Assembly: GCA_045597865.1 (NCBI GenBank)
Contig: JAZLKX010000049.1
Span: forward strand, 1-12,328
DNA from: Bacilli bacterium
GTDB taxonomy: Bacteria; Bacillota_I; Bacilli_A; RFN20; CAG-826
Reading direction: 5' to 3'
DNA length: 12,328 nt
In this document: positions 7,787-12,328 of the stretch, in pieces
Numbering within the stretch: position 1 is the stretch's first letter
Layout of the letters: every line of letters begins with the position of its first letter
Translations under genes and position numbers: made by a program
Notes under the pieces: model-generated
Told to the model about the DNA's origin: nothing
The model's database searches: none
The model's input: the letters and a program-made list of their open reading frames with translations, nothing else

Positions 7787-10700
7787 TTATTTAAGATGTT
7801 TACGTTTCTTAGCTCTTAAGCCAAGTGGAATACCAACACCACAGCCAACGCCAACAACTGCTGCTCCACCACAGACTGATGACAAGATAATAATACTTTG
7901 TTGTTGTGCTTGTTTATCCACAACTCTGATTGTTATTGTATCAGTTTTGTTGCCATCTACTGTTTCTACAGTAATTGTAGCAGTTCCTGGTGCAACACCT
8001 GTAACTTGTCCTCTTGCATCAACTGTTGCAATTTCTTTGTTTGATGAAGACCAAACTACATTTTTATTATCAGCATTTGCTGGATTAATAACTGCAGTTA
8101 AATCAAGTGTTTCTTGTGGGAGAATTGATTGAGTATTAACGTCTTTTCCATTTACTTGAATTGAGACTGACTCAACTGGATTAACTGGTGTTGGAGGAGG
8201 AGTTGGTTGATCACCTACTGTTACTTTGCATGTAGCAGTCTTTCCACCACATGATGCTGTAATTGTAGCAGTACCTTCTCCAATGCCTTTAACAGTTACT
8301 GCAGATGGTCCGGCACTTATAATTTGTGCAACAGAATCATCTGATGTTTCCCAATTAATGTGTCCTTTATCATCGGCATTATTTGGAAGTACAGTTGCGA
8401 CAATTTCAAATGTCTCATCAACATCAATTTTCTTACTTGTTATATCTAAAGATATAGATGTAACAGGAACTGGCGTAACAGATGCTTTAATTTTAATCTC
8501 ACATCTTGCAGTAAATCCACCATCTTCTGTCTTACAAGTAATGTAAACTGTCTTACCAGTTGATGCTGAAGCTTTGACGGTTACTTTACCACTACTATTT
8601 ACATCTGCAAGTTGAGGAGCGTTAGATTCCCAAGTTACATTCTTATTTGTAGCATTTGATGGATTAACAATTGCATTTAATTGGAATGTATCACCTGGTT
8701 TTAATTCTTTATAATCACAATCAAGGGAAACACCTGTAACTCTCACTACTTCACCTTGTTCAACGTGAACTGTACAAGTTGCTTTGTAGCCTTCTTTTTC
8801 GCCAGTGCCTTTTCCTTGTGTTTGGCCAGTAATGACAACATCACCAATACCTAAACCAGTAACTTCGCCTTTTGAACTTACTGTAGCAATTTCTGGATCA
8901 CTTGAGGACCACAAAACGGTTTTGTTTTTAGCGTCTGTAGGTGAAACAGTGCCAGTTATTGTGAATTTTTCACCTTGTTTGATTGTTTTTTCAGTTACAT
9001 CAATTGTGAGTCCTGTTGGTCTTTGAGAGACTGTTAATTCAGATGCGTCTGAGTAATAGCCATCATATGATGTTACTTTAATAGTAACTTTACCTGATTT
9101 ATATGAAGTTAAATCACCAACATGTGGATCTTCGAAGTTTGCAATTTCTGGATTAGATGAACTCCATGTAACTGGTTCTCCCTCTGGAGGTTCTTGAGTT
9201 GTTGTAAATGTATTTGTGTCATCAACCCATACTTCATATGTATTTTGCTTAATGAATGGTTGATAACCACCCACTACTGTAAATTTAAATGTAGCTGTAA
9301 CTTTGTTGCCTGATGTGCCATATGTAACTGTGCATGTCTTATCTCCATATGTATCAGATGCTGGAACATCTACTTCATAAGCACCAAGTGGTAACTTCTT
9401 TGTTGTATTATCATATTTTGCTTTAACAGTGATTCCAACCCAGTTGTATGGTTCGCCAAGTTCCACTGTTGTAGGCATACCTTCTGGAATTGAAACAGAA
9501 ATTGACTTAATTTCGTGTGAGAAATCTTTCGTCATGTCTCTGTAGAGCATAACGTCATAATCAACATTTGTTCCAACACCAAATTTACCGCTATCAGCGT
9601 TTAAATATATGTGTTTTGTTGGTTCGTTAACTGGGCAGATTTCCCAATAGTCATCAACCCAATCATTTTGAGATTCAACAAAGTTGCATGTGAATGAATT
9701 TGCAGTTGTTAGTTCTTGTGAAGTTGGAAGATAGATAACCCATGTTCCATCGAATTCACATTCATATTCACTCGAAGTTTCAACTGCAACTTCTGCACCT
9801 TTTGCGTAAAAGTCATAATCAACTGCTAAAGTGTTACTTGCAATAATTGCTTCTGCAGTTATTAAATCATTGTTCATGTAATTGTAGTAATAACCCCAGA
9901 ATGTCTCAGAGCCTTCTGAATATTCAGTAAAGTGAACCATTACGTTATTGCCGTCGATGCTATAAGGTAAATCAAATTCATAAAGATCTTCAAATTTGGT
10001 AGCTGTTTGTTTAGAAATATCTCCTAAATCAAGTGTTTTACCATTTGATCTTAAATAAGCACCATTGTATTCAAATGCGTATGTTCCACTATTAACACCT
10101 TGTTTAACTGTGAATTCCATTGCTGGAGATGGTAAATAGCCAAATGCTTGGGAACTAAGTTTACCATCAACCATTGCAATTTCTTGGCCGCCAGTAATGT
10201 TACCATCTTTTGCGCCAACAGTTGTACCAAGTGTGACTTTATCACCAATTTCAATCATGTTAGTGGCGAAATATTTAGCATGTTCAGGGGTTATTTCCTT
10301 TTCGAACTTAACTTCTGGATCATCTACCATAGAGACAACAATCTTGGTTGTGCTGCTATTAATTTTGGCTGGTGAGACATCAAATTCAGTATTTTTTAAT
10401 GTTTTAACTTCTTCGACTACACCATCAGAATAAGTAACTTTTACTTCTTCAATGGTTTCTTTTGGCATTTCACCAATTAAATATGTATCTCTTAAGCCTG
10501 TTACTACCATAGAACCAGCTTTTGGTCCTAAAACACTGATGCCATTGACTACAATGTCATATGCATCTTCTCCAGAAGTAAATGTTCCGTGAACTTGCGT
10601 TCCTGGAGTAAGGTCTCCCCAAACAATTTTATTTGTAATGTCAGCACTGTATCCATTTGTATAGTAGCCAGTAACTTTCATGTTAGTTGTAGAGAATTTT

Positions 10701-12001
10701 TCGCCAACATAATATTTTGTCTTTGTTGGAAGTTTATCAACAACATAGTCGTCAAATTCACCAGTTTCGAGGAACTTAACATAATTAGATGTTCCTTCAA
10801 ATGCATACCAAGTTTCTTCATGAACTGCTAATGAACGAGTCTTGCCTTTCTTTGTGAGTGTCGAAAACACATAGTTTGTATCTTTTATTGATACTGTCCA
10901 GGCATTAATTGCTTCATCACTAAGAGAAATCCTAGATTCTTTATCATCACTTTCGTGACCTGGAATATCGCGGTTATATGCTAAATATTGTTCACCATTA
11001 GTGACGTAATATGAGTTATCACCTTGGTAAGCTTTTTCTAATGTCCAAAGATTTGATTCATCAGAGAAGTCGACATTACCAATGTATGATAAATCACTAC
11101 CTAGCATAGCTAAGCCTGAACCTTCAGCAATAAAGTATTTATCTTTTGCAAGAATGTTATATTGATAATCTGTAACAGTAATTGTACATGTTGCGTCTGC
11201 TTTTCCATCTGCAACACATTTAACTATTGCGGATCCTTCATAATTAAATGTCACTACGGTGCTATTGCCTGTTGTTGTACTAAGAGAAACATATTCGCTG
11301 CCTTCTTCAATGGACCAGACATATGACTCAGGGACATATGAATCTTTTCCAGAAGCAGTTAATGTAAATGTAGTTCCAACATTTTGTTGTACTTCAGTCT
11401 TATTTAATTGAATTTCTTTAGCAACTCCACCTTTTCTATAGATTTGGCCGTTACTCATCGTGTTCTTGTAGTTTGAGAAACGTCCACCTCCACTAGGATT
11501 ATATTGAATATATCCATAGTTTGTATTTGTATTTTGAATGGTTGCAGCATATGTTGATGAGTCAATACTTACATTCCATGTTGCAGATGCACCAGTTTTT
11601 GTAGAGTAAGACATGTGATTAGTTGGTGCAGCATTAGCGGCAATTGTTCTTGTACCATAGGTAAAAGTATAAGCACCACCAGAAACACCAACAGTTAATG
11701 GCTTAATGTTTGAATTATCAAAATATAAATATTCATCCTCGAAGTATGCATCATAAACGTTTAAATAAGCATTCGATTCGCCAGTCAAGGCTCCGTTGGC
11801 CTTAATTGTGTCTCCACTATGATAGACGAATAAAACAACGTCTCCGGCTTTTAAAGAGCTGGCATCCGTAACAAGTGAGTATAAATCACCAGTTGCAGAA
11901 GCCGTAACCCCCGCTGCTTCAAATGCTGCAGGTGCTGCGGCAAGGCCTAAAACTCCTCCAAGTAAGAGGAATGGTAAGATTCTTAATAGTTTACGTTTCA
12001 T
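7787..12001 (-). CDS. 1404-aa membrane-anchored surface protein with bacterial Ig-like domains (Big_2-like x6, Big_3-like x~3) and beta-rich putative binding modules
   Basis: Long ORF with GAGGT RBS at 12008-12012 and signal peptide MKRKLLRILPFLLLGGVLGLAAAPAA. It has five tandem C-terminal Big_2-like repeats (WSSSNPEIA, WSSSDPEIATV, WESNAPQLADV, WETSDDSVAQI, WSSSNKEIATV), Big_3-like PTKTKYYVGEKFSTTNMKVTGYY, a Pro linker PTPPPTPVNP, a C-terminal hydrophobic helix and the basic tail RAKKRKHLK. Confidence 0.95.
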   Translation of the reverse strand: MKRKLLRILPFLLLGGVLGLAAAPAAFEAAGVTASATGDLYSLVTDASSLKAGDVVLFVYHSGDTIKANGALTGESNAYLNVYDAYFEDEYLYFDNSNIKPLTVGVSGGAYTFTYGTRTIAANAAPTNHMSYSTKTGASATWNVSIDSSTYAATIQNTNTNYGYIQYNPSGGGRFSNYKNTMSNGQIYRKGGVAKEIQLNKTEVQQNVGTTFTLTASGKDSYVPESYVWSIEEGSEYVSLSTTTGNSTVVTFNYEGSAIVKCVADGKADATCTITVTDYQYNILAKDKYFIAEGSGLAMLGSDLSYIGNVDFSDESNLWTLEKAYQGDNSYYVTNGEQYLAYNRDIPGHESDDKESRISLSDEAINAWTVSIKDTNYVFSTLTKKGKTRSLAVHEETWYAFEGTSNYVKFLETGEFDDYVVDKLPTKTKYYVGEKFSTTNMKVTGYYTNGYSADITNKIVWGDLTPGTQVHGTFTSGEDAYDIVVNGISVLGPKAGSMVVTGLRDTYLIGEMPKETIEEVKVTYSDGVVEEVKTLKNTEFDVSPAKINSSTTKIVVSMVDDPEVKFEKEITPEHAKYFATNMIEIGDKVTLGTTVGAKDGNITGGQEIAMVDGKLSSQAFGYLPSPAMEFTVKQGVNSGTYAFEYNGAYLRSNGKTLDLGDISKQTATKFEDLYEFDLPYSIDGNNVMVHFTEYSEGSETFWGYYYNYMNNDLITAEAIIASNTLAVDYDFYAKGAEVAVETSSEYECEFDGTWVIYLPTSQELTTANSFTCNFVESQNDWVDDYWEICPVNEPTKHIYLNADSGKFGVGTNVDYDVMLYRDMTKDFSHEIKSISVSIPEGMPTTVELGEPYNWVGITVKAKYDNTTKKLPLGAYEVDVPASDTYGDKTCTVTYGTSGNKVTATFKFTVVGGYQPFIKQNTYEVWVDDTNTFTTTQEPPEGEPVTWSSSNPEIANFEDPHVGDLTSYKSGKVTIKVTSYDGYYSDASELTVSQRPTGLTIDVTEKTIKQGEKFTITGTVSPTDAKNKTVLWSSSDPEIATVSSKGEVTGLGIGDVVITGQTQGKGTGEKEGYKATCTVHVEQGEVVRVTGVSLDCDYKELKPGDTFQLNAIVNPSNATNKNVTWESNAPQLADVNSSGKVTVKASASTGKTVYITCKTEDGGFTARCEIKIKASVTPVPVTSISLDITSKKIDVDETFEIVATVLPNNADDKGHINWETSDDSVAQIISAGPSAVTVKGIGEGTATITASCGGKTATCKVTVGDQPTPPPTPVNPVESVSIQVNGKDVNTQSILPQETLDLTAVINPANADNKNVVWSSSNKEIATVDARGQVTGVAPGTATITVETVDGNKTDTITIRVVDKQAQQQSIIILSSVCGGAAVVGVGCGVGIPLGLRAKKRKHLK
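7915..9260 (-). repeat. Five tandem Big_2-like (Ig-like group 2) protein repeats
   Basis: Recurrent V(T/E)(G/S)(V/I)S(L/I)...L.A.V.P.NA.NK.V.W.S......A.V...G.V...G...IT pattern in the translation. Boundaries are approximate. Confidence 0.85.
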
Positions 12002-12007
12002 TTTGTT

Positions 12008-12012
12008 ACCTC
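12008..12012 (-). promoter_or_regulatory. Shine-Dalgarno sequence (GAGGT) of the 1404-aa gene
   Basis: Plus-strand acctc, 6 nt upstream of the ATG at 12001. Confidence 0.8.
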
Positions 12013-12014
12013 AG

Positions 12015-12056
12015 AAAAAATGTGGTTAATCCTTTTAAAAAGTAGATTAATCACAT
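12015..12056 (-). promoter_or_regulatory. Terminator-like hairpin plus U-tract in the 5' leader of the 1404-aa gene (candidate attenuator)
   Basis: Minus-strand AUGUG-A-UUAAUC...GAUUAA-C-CACAU (11 bp with one A-C mismatch) running into a U6 tract. It lies between the promoter and the RBS. Confidence 0.55.
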
Positions 12057-12079
12057 ATCGTATTTTTCATAACGTGTAT

Positions 12080-12108
12080 ATTATACGGACATACACAATT
12101 TATTGCAA
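12080..12108 (-). promoter_or_regulatory. Sigma70/SigA-type promoter of the 1404-aa gene
   Basis: Minus-strand TTGCAA (12103-12108), 17 nt, TATAAT (12080-12085). Predicted start near 12073. Confidence 0.75.
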
Positions 12109-12117
12109 ATCATACGT
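12089..12117 (-). promoter_or_regulatory. Shared bipartite upstream motif, copy 2 (ACGTAT-N15-GTGTATGT), straddling the -35 box
   Basis: Plus-strand acatacac (12089-12096), 15 nt, atacgt (12112-12117). Confidence 0.5.
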
Positions 12118-12151
12118 TGTAGATGTATTGCGTTTTTATCGCGAAATTACC

Positions 12152-12180
12152 TTGATAAAAACTTAAGTTTTTGTTATAAT
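12152..12180 (+). promoter_or_regulatory. Strong divergent sigma70/SigA-type promoter with extended -10
   Basis: TTGATA (12152-12157), 17 nt, TATAAT (12175-12180), with TG at 12172-12173 giving TGnTATAAT. Confidence 0.8.
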
Positions 12181-12186
12181 AATAGT

Positions 12187-12328
12187 GTCAATAATTATTA
12201 AAATATCCGGCCAACAGTAGAACCTAGTCTCTACTGCCCGACAGGTAACAAGAATAGATATAAATTGTAATTACTACTGGTAGATTGTATTGTTTGGATC
12301 TATCAATGTGGAAAGCATCGCCCAGAAG
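12187..12328 (+). ncRNA. Candidate structured 5' leader or small RNA, family not recognised, truncated by the window edge
   Basis: Follows the strong promoter. Hairpins at 12215-12236 (CAGTAGA/TCTACTG) and 12278-12305 (9 bp). No convincing RBS plus start codon in about 140 nt. Confidence 0.35.

Noticed and set aside
926-10254. Short minus-strand ORFs (926-1129, 4499-4702, 7151-7402, 10051-10254)
   Set aside because: Alternative frames nested in the long CDSs, with the Leu/Gln-rich composition typical of off-frame reading.
423-10831. Short plus-strand ORFs in the track (423, 3115, 3738, 5071, 5329, 7417, 7947, 8226, 8805, 10148, 10197, 10589)
   Set aside because: They lie antisense to the two long CDSs and look like shadows of Val/Thr-rich codon usage, with no recognisable protein features.
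12227-12250. GTCTCTAC resembling the purine riboswitch GUUUCUAC core, and ACAGTAG...CTAC resembling an L10 leader
   Set aside because: The other conserved elements of each family are absent.
12306-12328. Possible CDS start ATG TGG AAA GCA TCG CCC AGA
   Set aside because: No convincing Shine-Dalgarno sequence and too little sequence to evaluate.
1-12328. CRISPR array, DGR template/variable repeats, tRNA/rRNA, transposase
   Set aside because: No near-identical DNA repeats or diagnostic motifs were seen. Repeats are detectable only at the protein level.

Overview
AT-rich bacterial DNA, consistent with a low-GC Bacillota/Bacilli-like organism (inference). The window is almost fully occupied by two very large, co-oriented minus-strand genes for secreted or surface modular proteins. 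The first is a complete 1404-aa protein (7787-12001) with a signal peptide, beta-rich modules, Big_3-like and Big_2-like Ig repeats and a C-terminal membrane anchor. The second is a protein of at least 2516 aa that starts at 7550 and runs off the left edge. It is missing from the ORF track because it has no stop codon in the window. No catalytic domain was recognised in either. The non-coding DNA is the most unusual part. Both genes have a terminator-like hairpin plus U-tract in the 5' leader, and both upstream regions share the same spaced motif (minus strand ACGTAT-N15-GTGTATGT). This suggests co-regulation, possibly by attenuation or antitermination. A near-consensus divergent sigma70 promoter with overlapping palindromes drives a structured, unidentified plus-strand transcript at the right edge. 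Domain names come from motif recognition by eye, not from database searches.
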